Position numbers and translations under genes: made by a program. Positions 21,521 to 30,027 of a stretch of DNA of 64,000 nucleotides are shown here, in pieces. Source of the stretch: Actinomycetota bacterium (GTDB lineage Bacteria > Actinomycetota > Acidimicrobiia > Acidimicrobiales > VFJN01). The stretch lies in contig JBKOUY010000044.1 of the NCBI GenBank assembly GCA_046723645.1, positions 14,199 to 78,198 on the forward strand, written 5' to 3'. Position 1 is the stretch's first letter; the number at the start of each line of letters is the position of its first letter. A model generated the notes under the pieces. The model had not been told where the DNA came from. It searched no databases and was given only the letters and a program-made list of their open reading frames with translations.

Positions 21521-21713
21521 CCGGGCGGGCCCTACGAGCCACCCCACTAGTGGAGTGGCTCGCAGCACAGCGCCGGTTACCGCCGGCCAGCGGCACCGCT
21601 GGACTGCGTCCTCGTCGTCGCCGCAGCTACGGCTGCGCCTTCCTCCTGCGTCCTTGCCAGCGGCACCGCTGACTCGCCGGTTACCGGGCGGGCGCTACGA
21701 GCCACCCCACTAG
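21521..21713. mobile_element. MITE-like element, variant B (167 bp, CTAG to CTAG, 21547-21713) preceded by a duplicated 30-bp copy of its right end (21521-21550)
   Basis: Ends ctagtggagtggctcgcagc / gctacgagccaccccactag are inverted repeats. The arms are complementary over about 55 nt. The central roughly 85 bp is about 88% identical by eye to the core of the element at 42306-42473. Confidence 0.55.
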
Positions 21714-21724
21714 GGTCTGGAAGC

Positions 21725-22495
21725 ATGGCCACCACGCCAGACGGCAAGGAGATCCTCCCCGGAGCTGAGCCGTGGTCGGCGCCGGGCGGACCACACGGGG
21801 CGCTGGTCATCCACGGCTTCACCGGCAATCCCCAGTCAATGCGAGGCCTCGCGGAGGCCCTACATGGCGCCGGGTACGCGGTCGAGCTTCCGCTGCTGCC
21901 GGGTCACGGCACGTCGGTCGACGACATGATCGGGACCGGGTGGGGGGACTGGTCCGCCGCGGCCGAGGCCGCCTACGAGGACCTGGCGGCGCGCGTGGAC
22001 AGGATGGTGGCGGCAGGATTGTCGATGGGCGGCGCGCTGGCGCTCTGGCTGGCGGCCCGCCACCCGGAGATCGCCGGCGTCGTCTGCGTCAATCCGGTGG
22101 TGGAGGTCGGCGACGAGGTGGTCGACGGGATTCGCCAGATGGTCGAGAGTGGCGTCGACCGCATCCCGGCCATCGGGGGTGACCTGGCCGACCCGGCCGC
22201 TCGCGAGATGGCGTACGACGCCACGCCCCTGCGACCGCTGCTCAGCCTGGCCGACGTCGCCGGCGAGACGGTCGACGACCTCGCGAAGATCGCCTGCCCG
22301 GTCCTGCTGATGACCAGCCCGCAGGACCACGTCGTCGATCCCCACAACAGCGACGTCATCGCCGAGCGGGTCTCAGGGCCCGTGCAGCGGGTCACCCTGG
22401 AGCGCAGCTACCACGTCGCAACGCTCGACTACGACAAGGACCTCATCGTCAAGCACGCGATCGAGTTCGCAGGCCGCGTCACTGCACCGGACTGA
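21725..22495 (+). CDS. alpha/beta hydrolase (carboxylesterase / monoacylglycerol-lipase-like)
   Basis: [25 protein letters not shown] nucleophile elbow, and a late D...H pattern. Confidence 0.8.
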   Translation: MATTPDGKEILPGAEPWSAPGGPHGALVIHGFTGNPQSMRGLAEALHGAGYAVELPLLPGHGTSVDDMIGTGWGDWSAAAEAAYEDLAARVDRMVAAGLSMGGALALWLAARHPEIAGVVCVNPVVEVGDEVVDGIRQMVESGVDRIPAIGGDLADPAAREMAYDATPLRPLLSLADVAGETVDDLAKIACPVLLMTSPQDHVVDPHNSDVIAERVSGPVQRVTLERSYHVATLDYDKDLIVKHAIEFAGRVTAPD

Positions 22496-22545
22496 GGTCC
22501 CATCTCCTTCACGGGTTCTGACCGGGCCCGCCTACGATGCCCCGC

Positions 22546-22845
22546 ATGGCGCAGATCACCCGCGACGAGGTCGCGCACGTGGCGCGGCTGGCCCGGCTGC
22601 TGCTCACCGACGAGGAGATCGACACGTTCACCGAGCAGCTCGGCAAGGTCCTGGACCACGCCCGCGACGTCGAGGCGCTCGACGTGGCCGACGTCCCCCC
22701 GACCGCGCATCCCTACCCGCTCGTCAACGTCGTGCGCGCCGACGACGAGGTCCCGTGCCTCGACCGCGAGGTCGTGCTGGCCGGCGCGCCGGACACCGAG
22801 GGCGGCCTGTTCCGTGTCCCGCCGGTGCTGGGGGAGGTGCCATGA
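22546..22845 (+). CDS. gatC: Asp-tRNA(Asn)/Glu-tRNA(Gln) amidotransferase subunit C
   Basis: [38 protein letters not shown]..., followed by gatA with an ATGA overlap. Confidence 0.9.
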   Translation: MAQITRDEVAHVARLARLLLTDEEIDTFTEQLGKVLDHARDVEALDVADVPPTAHPYPLVNVVRADDEVPCLDREVVLAGAPDTEGGLFRVPPVLGEVP

Positions 22846-24296
22846 CCGCGCCCGCGCGTAGCGCCCTCGACATCGCCGCCGAAGTCCGGTCCGGCGAGCG
22901 GCCGGCGGCCGCCGTCGTCGACGAGCACCTCGCCGCCATCGAGGCCCGGGAGCCCGAGATCCACGCGTTCAACCTGGTCCTGGTCGACGAGGCCCGCGAG
23001 GCGGCCGTGGCCATCGACCGCCGGGTGGCGGCGGGCGAGGACCCGGGCCCGCTCGCGGGCGTTCCGATCGCCCTCAAGGACAACATCTGCACCGAGGGCA
23101 TCCCCACCACGTGCTCGTCGCGGATCCTCGAGGGGTGGCGGCCGCCGTATGCCGCCACCGTGGTCGAGAGGCTGGCCGAAGCGGGCGCCATCGTGATCGG
23201 CAAGACCAACCTCGACGAGTTCGCGATGGGTAGCTCCACCGAGAACTCCGCATTCGGGCCCACCCGGAACCCGCACGACACGACCCGGGTCCCCGGCGGG
23301 TCGTCGGGCGGGTCCGCCGCCGCCGTGGCCGCCGGCTTCGCAAGGCTGGCGCTCGGCTCCGACACCGGCGGGTCGATCCGCCAGCCGGCGGCGCTGTGCG
23401 GGGTCGTGGGCATGAAGCCCACTTACGGCCGGGTGTCCCGGTACGGCCTGGTCGCGTTCGCCAGCTCGCTCGACCAGATCGGGCCGCTCAGCCGCAGCGT
23501 GGCCGACGCCGCCGCGCTGTACGAGGCCATCGCCGGGCACGACCCGCGCGACGCCACCTCGATCCCCGAGCCGGTGGGTGACGTGAGCGCCGGGCTGGCC
23601 GAGGGCGTCGCAGGGCTGCGGGTCGGCGTGGTGACCGAGCTGTGCGAGGCGGAGGGCATCCAGCCCGACGTGATCGCCCGGGTGCGTCAGGCGGTCGACG
23701 CGCTGGAGCACGCCGGGGCCAAGGTCGAGGACGTCTCGGTGCCCGCGGTCGTCTACGGGCTGACGGCCTACTACCTGATCAACCCGGCGGAGGCGTCGAG
23801 CAACCTGGCCCGGTACGACGGCGTGCGCTACGGGCTCCGCGTGGAGGCGCCCACGACCGGCGAGATGTACGACCGCACCCGGACGGCGGGCTTCGGGGCT
23901 GAGGTCGAGCGCCGCATCATGCTCGGCACCTATGCGTTATCGGCGGGCTACTACGACGCGTTCTACGGCAAGGCGCAGCGGGTGCGCACGCTCATCATCC
24001 GCGACCTCGACGCCGCCTACGAGCGCTTCGACGTGCTCGTCGGTCCCACCGCGCCCTCAACCGCGTTCCCGTTCGGGGCCAAGACGGCCGACCCGCTGAC
24101 CATGTACCTGAACGACGTGTGCACGATCCCCTCGAACCTGTCGGGCCACCCCGCCATCTCGATCCCGTTCGGTACGGGCGACGACGGGCTGCCGGTGGGG
24201 GTGCAGGTGATGGGGCCGGCGCTGGGCGAGGCGACGATGTTCCGGGCTGCGGCCGCGATCGAGGCGACCGCGCCGGCTGGGAAGGACGACGCGTGA
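22842..24296 (+). CDS. gatA: Asp-tRNA(Asn)/Glu-tRNA(Gln) amidotransferase subunit A
   Basis: Amidase signature [33 protein letters not shown]. Confidence 0.92.
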   Translation: MTAPARSALDIAAEVRSGERPAAAVVDEHLAAIEAREPEIHAFNLVLVDEAREAAVAIDRRVAAGEDPGPLAGVPIALKDNICTEGIPTTCSSRILEGWRPPYAATVVERLAEAGAIVIGKTNLDEFAMGSSTENSAFGPTRNPHDTTRVPGGSSGGSAAAVAAGFARLALGSDTGGSIRQPAALCGVVGMKPTYGRVSRYGLVAFASSLDQIGPLSRSVADAAALYEAIAGHDPRDATSIPEPVGDVSAGLAEGVAGLRVGVVTELCEAEGIQPDVIARVRQAVDALEHAGAKVEDVSVPAVVYGLTAYYLINPAEASSNLARYDGVRYGLRVEAPTTGEMYDRTRTAGFGAEVERRIMLGTYALSAGYYDAFYGKAQRVRTLIIRDLDAAYERFDVLVGPTAPSTAFPFGAKTADPLTMYLNDVCTIPSNLSGHPAISIPFGTGDDGLPVGVQVMGPALGEATMFRAAAAIEATAPAGKDDA

Positions 24297-25744
24297 GCAC
24301 CAGCGGCAGCACGGCCACGGCCGCCACCGCCACCGGGTGGGAAACCGTCATCGGGCTCGAGGTCCATGCCGAGCTCGCCACTCGGACCAAGCTGTTCTGT
24401 GGCTGCCCCAACCGCTTCGGCGACGAGCCGAACGCCAACGTGTGTCCGGTTTGCCTTGGCCTCCCGGGTTCGCTGCCGGTCCTCAACGAGCAGGCGGTCA
24501 CGCTGGCGATGCGCCTCGGTCGCGCCCTGCGCTGCGAGGTGCGCAGGTCGATCTTCGCCCGGAAGAACTACTTCTATCCGGACATGCCGAAGAACTACCA
24601 GATCAGCCAGTACGACCTGCCGATCAACGTCGAGGGCACCCTGGAGCTGCCGCACTCGGGCGCGACCGTGGGGATCGAGCGGGCGCACATCGAGGAGGAC
24701 ACCGGCAAGTCCACGCACGTCGGCGGCGGCGGCCGCATCCACGACGCCGGCTACAGCCTGGTCGACTACAACCGGGCCGGCGTCCCCTTGCTCGAGATCG
24801 TGTCCAAGCCCGACCTTCGCTCGTCCGACGACGCCCGGGCCTACGTGTCTGAGCTGCGGGCGATCCTGCTCGCCACCGGCGCGTCCGACGCCAAGATGGA
24901 GGAGGGCTCGCTGCGCGTCGACGCCAACGTCTCCATCCATCGCCCGGGTGAGCCGTTCGGCACCCGCTGCGAGATCAAGAACCTCAACTCGCTCCGGTCG
25001 CTGGGCCGGGCGATCGACTACGAGGCGCGCCGCCAGATCGAGCTCATCGAGTCGGGCGAGCAAGTGCGGCAGGAGACCCGTCACTGGAACGAGGACGAGG
25101 GCCGCACGGGCACGCTGCGCACCAAGGAGGAAGCGGAGGACTACCGCTACTTCCCGGAGCCCGATCTGGTCCCGCTCGACCCCGACGACCGCTGGATCGC
25201 CCGCGTCGAGGCGGAGCTGCCCGTCCTGCCTGCCGCACGCCGCACCGCGCTGGCCGACGCCGCCGGGGTGGCGCCCAACACGCCCGCGGTCGCCATCGCC
25301 GTCGAACGCCGGCTCGACGGACTGGCGGTCGCCGCGATTGCGGCCGGCGGCGACCCTCCGCGGGTGCTCACCCACGTGGAGCACAACCTCGCCGTCGAGG
25401 GTGCCGAGCGGCTGGACCCCGCCGGCCTGGCGGCGCTGGTGTCGATGGAGACCGCGGGCGAGCTCACCGCCACCCAGGCCAAGGACGTGCTGGCCGAGAT
25501 GGTGGCGACCGGGGCCGAGCCTGCGGCGATCGCCAAGGCCAAGGGCTACGAGGCCATGGGCGACGACGACCTGGCCGCTGCGGTCGACGGGGTCATCGCC
25601 GCCAACCCGGCCCAGTGGACCCGCTTCGTCGAGGGCGAGGGCAAGCTCATGGGCTTCTTCGTCGGCGAGGTCATGAGGGCCACCAAGGGCCAGGCGGACG
25701 GCAAGGCGGTGACGGCGCTGCTGCGCCAGCGCACCGGCGCCTGA
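24293..25744 (+). CDS. gatB: Asp-tRNA(Asn)/Glu-tRNA(Gln) amidotransferase subunit B
   Basis: [54 protein letters not shown]-terminal GatB/YqeY tail. GTG 24293 overlaps the gatA stop. Confidence 0.92.
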   Translation: MSTSGSTATAATATGWETVIGLEVHAELATRTKLFCGCPNRFGDEPNANVCPVCLGLPGSLPVLNEQAVTLAMRLGRALRCEVRRSIFARKNYFYPDMPKNYQISQYDLPINVEGTLELPHSGATVGIERAHIEEDTGKSTHVGGGGRIHDAGYSLVDYNRAGVPLLEIVSKPDLRSSDDARAYVSELRAILLATGASDAKMEEGSLRVDANVSIHRPGEPFGTRCEIKNLNSLRSLGRAIDYEARRQIELIESGEQVRQETRHWNEDEGRTGTLRTKEEAEDYRYFPEPDLVPLDPDDRWIARVEAELPVLPAARRTALADAAGVAPNTPAVAIAVERRLDGLAVAAIAAGGDPPRVLTHVEHNLAVEGAERLDPAGLAALVSMETAGELTATQAKDVLAEMVATGAEPAAIAKAKGYEAMGDDDLAAAVDGVIAANPAQWTRFVEGEGKLMGFFVGEVMRATKGQADGKAVTALLRQRTGA

Positions 25745-25755
25745 CCGCACGGCCG

Positions 25756-25852
25756 GAGGCAATGGCGAACGGAGCGGGCAGCCCGAGGCAATAGCGAACG
25801 GTTGCCGTTCGGCATCGCCTCGGGCTCATCGGGCCGTCAGGTATTGCCTCGG
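25756..25852. repeat. REP-like composite element, family E copy 1 (two direct plus two inverted GAGGCAATGGCGAACGG-type units)
   Basis: gaggcaatggcgaacgg (25756-72), gaggcaatagcgaacgg (25785-801), ccgttcggcatcgcctc (25805-21, inverted), attgcctcgg (about 25843-52, inverted, partial). Begins 12 nt after the gatB stop. Near-identical first 70 nt at 47908. Confidence 0.6.
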
Positions 25853-25885
25853 CATGCGGGGGGCGCACGTGCGAGTCTGCCGCTC

Positions 25886-27121
25886 GTGACGTGGAAGGCG
25901 AGGCTGATCGATCCCGGCGAGCTGGAGGCCACCATCGACCTCACGGCGCTGGCGTTCGCCATGGGCCCGCGGGCGACCGAGAACTACCGCCGGCAGACGG
26001 CGATGATGACCGAGCCGGACCGGGTGTTCGTGGTCGAGGATGGCGACGTGTTCGCCGGCACGGGCGCCGCCTACTCGATCGCGGTCGCGCTGCCGGGTGG
26101 CGGGACGCTGCCGCTCGCCGGCGTGTCCGAGGTCGGCGTGTCGCCGGCCCACCGGCGGCGCGGGATCCTGCGGACGCTCATGGAGGCCGTGCACGACCAG
26201 GCCCTCGACCGCGGCGAGCCGATCGCCGGGCTGACGGCCAGCGAGGGCGGCATCTACAGGCGCTTCGGCTACGGCGTGGCCACGCGGTACCAGTCGCTCT
26301 CCATCGACCGCCCCGCGGCCGCCGAGGTCGACGGCGGCTCGGCGGGCCGGATACGCGTGATGTCCGACGCCGAGGCGCGGCCCCTGTTGCCGGCGGTGTG
26401 GGAGCGGTACTGGCGCCAGGTGCCCGGCGAGGTGCGGCGCCCGCCCGTGTGGTGGGACATGCTGGCGCTTGACTTCGCGGAGGACCGCGACGGGGCCAGC
26501 GCTCGTTTCGTCGCGGTGCACGACGACGCCGACGCCGTCCCGGACGGGTTCGTGACCTATCGCGTCAGGCGGGGATGGGGGAGCGGGCGCCTCCTGCCCC
26601 ACGAGCTGCTCGTCGAGTCCGTCGCCGCGATCGACGAGGGGGTCGTCGCCGCACTGCTGCGGTTCGTGCTCGGGGTCGACCTCGTCGGCACGGTCGAATG
26701 GGCGGCCGCGCCGCTCGACCTGCCTTACCGCTGGCGGCTGGCGAACCCGCGCGCCCTGCGGGTGACACGGGAGGTCGACCACCTGTGGCTGAGGCCGCTG
26801 GACGTCGCGGCCTGCCTGTCGGGCCGCCGCTACGGCATCGAGGGCGCGTGCGTGCTGGAGGTGGTCGATCCGGCCCGCCCATCGCTGGGCGGCCGCTTCC
26901 GGCTCGAGGGCGGGCCCGACGGCGCCGACTGCCGCCGCAGCGATGCCGAGCCCGACCTGGCGGTCGGCGTCGCCGACCTGGGCGCCCTCATGCTGGGCGG
27001 CGTGTCCTGGTCGACCCTCCGTCGCGCCGGCCTGGTCGACGAGCGCACGCCGGGGGCCGCGGCGAGTGCGGACCGCATGTTCCGCCCGGACCGGGCGCCG
27101 TACTGCTCGACCGACTTCTGA
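25886..27121 (+). CDS. Eis-like GNAT N-acetyltransferase with SCP2-like C-terminal domain
   Basis: GVSEVGVSPAHRRRGILRTLMEAVHDQALDRGEPIAGLTASEGGIYRRFGYG (GNAT motif A), and a length and C-terminus as in Eis-family enzymes. Start set at GTG 25886, downstream of the repeat element. Confidence 0.75.
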   Translation: MTWKARLIDPGELEATIDLTALAFAMGPRATENYRRQTAMMTEPDRVFVVEDGDVFAGTGAAYSIAVALPGGGTLPLAGVSEVGVSPAHRRRGILRTLMEAVHDQALDRGEPIAGLTASEGGIYRRFGYGVATRYQSLSIDRPAAAEVDGGSAGRIRVMSDAEARPLLPAVWERYWRQVPGEVRRPPVWWDMLALDFAEDRDGASARFVAVHDDADAVPDGFVTYRVRRGWGSGRLLPHELLVESVAAIDEGVVAALLRFVLGVDLVGTVEWAAAPLDLPYRWRLANPRALRVTREVDHLWLRPLDVAACLSGRRYGIEGACVLEVVDPARPSLGGRFRLEGGPDGADCRRSDAEPDLAVGVADLGALMLGGVSWSTLRRAGLVDERTPGAAASADRMFRPDRAPYCSTDF

Positions 27122-27136
27122 GCTGCCGGAGGAGAC

Positions 27137-27445
27137 TCAGCCGCCGGACACCGCCGGCATGACCGCGACCTCGACCCCCGCCGCCAACGGCGTGTCCTGC
27201 TCGGACAGGTCTCGGACGTTGTCGTTTCCCAGGAACAGGTTGACGTGCCGGCGCAGGCGCCCCTGCTCGTCGCGTATGCGGCACTCGAGATCGGGGCGGG
27301 TCGTCGCCAGGTGGTCGAGCAGGGCGCGGATCGTCGGCTTCTCGCCGAGCACCGCGAGGTCGACGTCGAGGGCCGAGCGCCCGCCGGTGTACGTGCGCAG
27401 GCTGGCGGGCACCCGCAGGTGGACGGCGGCGGGCCCCGACGTCAC
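27137..27445 (-). CDS. MoaD/ThiS-family beta-grasp (ubiquitin-like) protein ending in Gly-Gly
   Basis: VTSGPAAVHLRVPASLRTYTGG...VNLFLGNDNVRDLSEQDTPLAAGVEVAVMPAVSGG. The GTG start overlaps the stop of the upstream BNR gene (GTGA). Confidence 0.7.
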   Translation of the reverse strand: MTSGPAAVHLRVPASLRTYTGGRSALDVDLAVLGEKPTIRALLDHLATTRPDLECRIRDEQGRLRRHVNLFLGNDNVRDLSEQDTPLAAGVEVAVMPAVSGG

Positions 27446-28539
27446 CGGAGCTCGGCGGCCCTGACGACCAGGACGTCGGGCAGGTGCCGGACGATCGACG
27501 TCCACGACGCGCCCTCGTCGGCGCTGGCGAACACCTCGCCCGAGCGGGTCCCGAAGTACACGCCAGCGGGGTCGCAGTCGTCGGTGCACAGCGCGTCGCG
27601 GAGAACGCTCACGTACGCGTGCTCCTGGGGCAGCCCGTCGGCGAGCGGCTGCCAGCTCCCACCGGCGTCCGTGGTGCGGTAGATGCGGCATCGGTCCTCG
27701 GGCGGCATCCGGTGCGCGTCCTTGACCAGTGGATAGACGTAGGCGGTGCCCGCCCGGTGCGGATGCGCGGCCACCGGGAAGCCGAAGTCGGCGGGCAGGT
27801 CCTCGCCTATCGCCGTCCACGTGGCACCGAAGTCGTCGCTGCGGTAGACGCCGCCGTGGTTCTGGAGGAACAGCTGGTCAGGCCGGTCGGCCTGGCCCGC
27901 GAACTTGTGGACGCACTGGCCGAACTCGGGGTGGGGGTCGGGCGCGTGCCACGCGTCGATCCCGCTGTTGGAGGCCTCCCACGACTTGCCGCCGTCGTCG
28001 GTGCGGTACACGCCCGCCGCCGACACGCCGACGAGCATCCGGTCGGGGTCGGTGACGTGCGGCATGATCGTGTGCAGGCACAGGCCGCCCCCGCCGGGCA
28101 TCCATCGTTCCCGGTGCGGATGGTCCCAGAGGCTCTCCACCAGCGAGAACGTCTCGCCGCCGTCCTCCGAGCGGAACAGGGCTCCCGGCTCGACACCCGC
28201 CCACACGAGGCCGGGCTGGTCGGCACCGGCGGGCCGAAGCTGCCAGGTCCGCACCAGGGCCGCGCCGGTCTCGGCGGGGAAGCGGATCGCACCTCCCTCG
28301 GTCTCCTGCCAGGACGCGCCGAGGTCGTCGGACCGGAACACAGATGGCCCCCAGTGCTCGCTGTCCGCGCCCGCCAGCAGGCGAACGGATCCGGCCGGCG
28401 TGGCGGAACGCTGATCGATGGCGGTCGCGTAGACCGAGTTCATCGGGAAGTGCGGGCCGTCCAGCGACCAGGACTCACGGTCGTCGCTGCGGGCGAGGAA
28501 GAGCCCCTTGCGCGTGCCGATCATCAAGAGGGTCGTCAT
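27442..28539 (-). CDS. BNR/Asp-box repeat beta-propeller protein (sialidase-like fold, no signal peptide)
   Basis: Repeated S-x-D-x-G-x-(S/T)-W boxes: RSDDLGASWQ, RSEDGGETFS, RTDDGGKSWE, RSDDFGATWT, RTTDAGGSWQ, ASADEGASWT. Confidence 0.7.
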   Translation of the reverse strand: MTTLLMIGTRKGLFLARSDDRESWSLDGPHFPMNSVYATAIDQRSATPAGSVRLLAGADSEHWGPSVFRSDDLGASWQETEGGAIRFPAETGAALVRTWQLRPAGADQPGLVWAGVEPGALFRSEDGGETFSLVESLWDHPHRERWMPGGGGLCLHTIMPHVTDPDRMLVGVSAAGVYRTDDGGKSWEASNSGIDAWHAPDPHPEFGQCVHKFAGQADRPDQLFLQNHGGVYRSDDFGATWTAIGEDLPADFGFPVAAHPHRAGTAYVYPLVKDAHRMPPEDRCRIYRTTDAGGSWQPLADGLPQEHAYVSVLRDALCTDDCDPAGVYFGTRSGEVFASADEGASWTSIVRHLPDVLVVRAAELR

Positions 28540-28564
28540 GGCAGCTCCCCGGGTCGGAGTCGAT

Positions 28565-29296
28565 TCATGTTTCGTACCGGAATGTAGGCGCCGGGCCGGG
28601 GCGGGAGTGTGGGCGGAGCCGGCCGTCGTACAGCTCGAGCACGCGGTGTGCGGCCTCGAACGCCACCTCGTTGTGGGTGGCGATCAGGCAGGTGGTGCCG
28701 CTGGCGGCGAGGTCGGCGAGGACGAGCATCATGCCCTCTGCCCATGTCCGGTTCTGGTGGGCGATGGGCTCGTCGGCCAGGAGCACGCGGGGACGCATCA
28801 CGGTCGCCCGGGCGAGGGCGGCCCGCTGCTGCTCGCCGAGCGAGACTTCGTCGGGGTGGCGGTCGGCGAGCTGGTCGATGCCGAGCCGCGCCATCAGGGC
28901 GCCGGGGCTATCCCCGCCGTCCGCGGCGCCGCCGAGCCGGAGCGGAAGGCCGATGTTCTCCGCCAGGGTCAGCTCGGCCAGCAGGCCGAGCGACTGGGGC
29001 AGGATCGCCAGGTCGGCCCAGCCGAGTCGATCCGCACCCACGTCGCCACCCAGGAGCCGGACCGACCCGGCGTCGGGCCGCTCCCAGCCCGCGACGATGG
29101 TCAGCAGCGTGGTCTTGCCCGACCCCGACCGCCCCGCCACCACCACGATCTCCCCGGGCCTGGCGCTCAGGTCGACGCCGGCCAGGACGCGCCGGGGGAC
29201 CTGGTGCGGACCCGCGAACGACTTCTCGACCGCGGCGAGGTCGAGCACCGTCTCGTCGGCGGCGCCGGGCACCGCCCCCGCGTCGGTGGCGGTCAT
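28565..29296 (-). CDS. ABC transporter ATP-binding protein (second of two; degenerate signature motif)
   Basis: Walker A GRSGSGKTT, signature-like VSLGEQQR, Walker B VLLADEP, H-loop IATHN. ATGA overlap with the upstream ATPase gene. Confidence 0.85.
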   Translation of the reverse strand: MTATDAGAVPGAADETVLDLAAVEKSFAGPHQVPRRVLAGVDLSARPGEIVVVAGRSGSGKTTLLTIVAGWERPDAGSVRLLGGDVGADRLGWADLAILPQSLGLLAELTLAENIGLPLRLGGAADGGDSPGALMARLGIDQLADRHPDEVSLGEQQRAALARATVMRPRVLLADEPIAHQNRTWAEGMMLVLADLAASGTTCLIATHNEVAFEAAHRVLELYDGRLRPHSRPGPAPTFRYET

Positions 29297-30027
29297 GACG
29301 GCACCCGCCCGTCGCGCAACGCCACGACGTGGTCGGCGGCGGCGATCACCGCTGGGTCGTGGGAGGCCACCACCAGGCTCGCGCCGCCATCGACCAGGCC
29401 GCGCATGGTCTCCACCAGGGCGGCGCCCGCGGCGCCGTCGAGCTCGGCGGTGGGTTCGTCCGCCAGCAACAGCACCGGCCGGCCGACAGCTGCGGCCGCG
29501 AAGGCGATCCGCTGCTGCTCGCCACCCGACAGCTCGTCGGGACGGCTGCCCGCCCGGTCCGTCAGGTCGACGACGGCGAGCAGGGCCGATGCCTCGCCCG
29601 GGTCGGTGCCCCGCAGCCGCGCGGCCAGCTCGATCTGCTCCCGGGCGGTCAGGTACTCGACGAGGTTGTCGGCCGGGTCCTGGAGGACGATGCCCATGGC
29701 ACGCCGCCGCAGGCGGCGCCGTGCCCCCGGTCGCAGGCGGGTCACGTCGGTGCCGTCGACCTGGATGGCACCGGCCCGGGGGCGCAGCAGGCCGGCCAGC
29801 GCCCGGAGGAGCGACGACTTGCCCGATCCCGAGGGGCCGGCCACCACCGACAACCGGCCACGGACGAAGGTGGCGTCGACCTCGCGCAGGGCGTGGACGA
29901 CGCCCGCGCCGGTGTCGTAGTCGACGGATACCTCGTGGCACCGGGCGGCCGGCACCGAGTCGGGCGGGCCCGTCGGTGTGGCTGGCAGCACGATTTCGGG
30001 CGGCGGTGCGGGGTCAGACGCCGGCAC
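29293..30027 (-). CDS. ABC transporter ATP-binding protein (first of two; canonical motifs)
   Basis: Walker A GPSGSGKSS, signature LSGGEQQR, Walker B LLLADEPT, H-loop ASHD. Start at GTG 30027 (the track gives 30084); either start overlaps the permease stop. Confidence 0.85.
   Translation of the reverse strand: MPASDPAPPPEIVLPATPTGPPDSVPAARCHEVSVDYDTGAGVVHALREVDATFVRGRLSVVAGPSGSGKSSLLRALAGLLRPRAGAIQVDGTDVTRLRPGARRRLRRRAMGIVLQDPADNLVEYLTAREQIELAARLRGTDPGEASALLAVVDLTDRAGSRPDELSGGEQQRIAFAAAAVGRPVLLLADEPTAELDGAAGAALVETMRGLVDGGASLVVASHDPAVIAAADHVVALRDGRVPS

Noticed and set aside
24017-25762. 581-aa minus-strand ORF opposite gatB
   Set aside because: It is antisense to a gene with a textbook GatB sequence, and its composition is low-complexity and Arg-rich.
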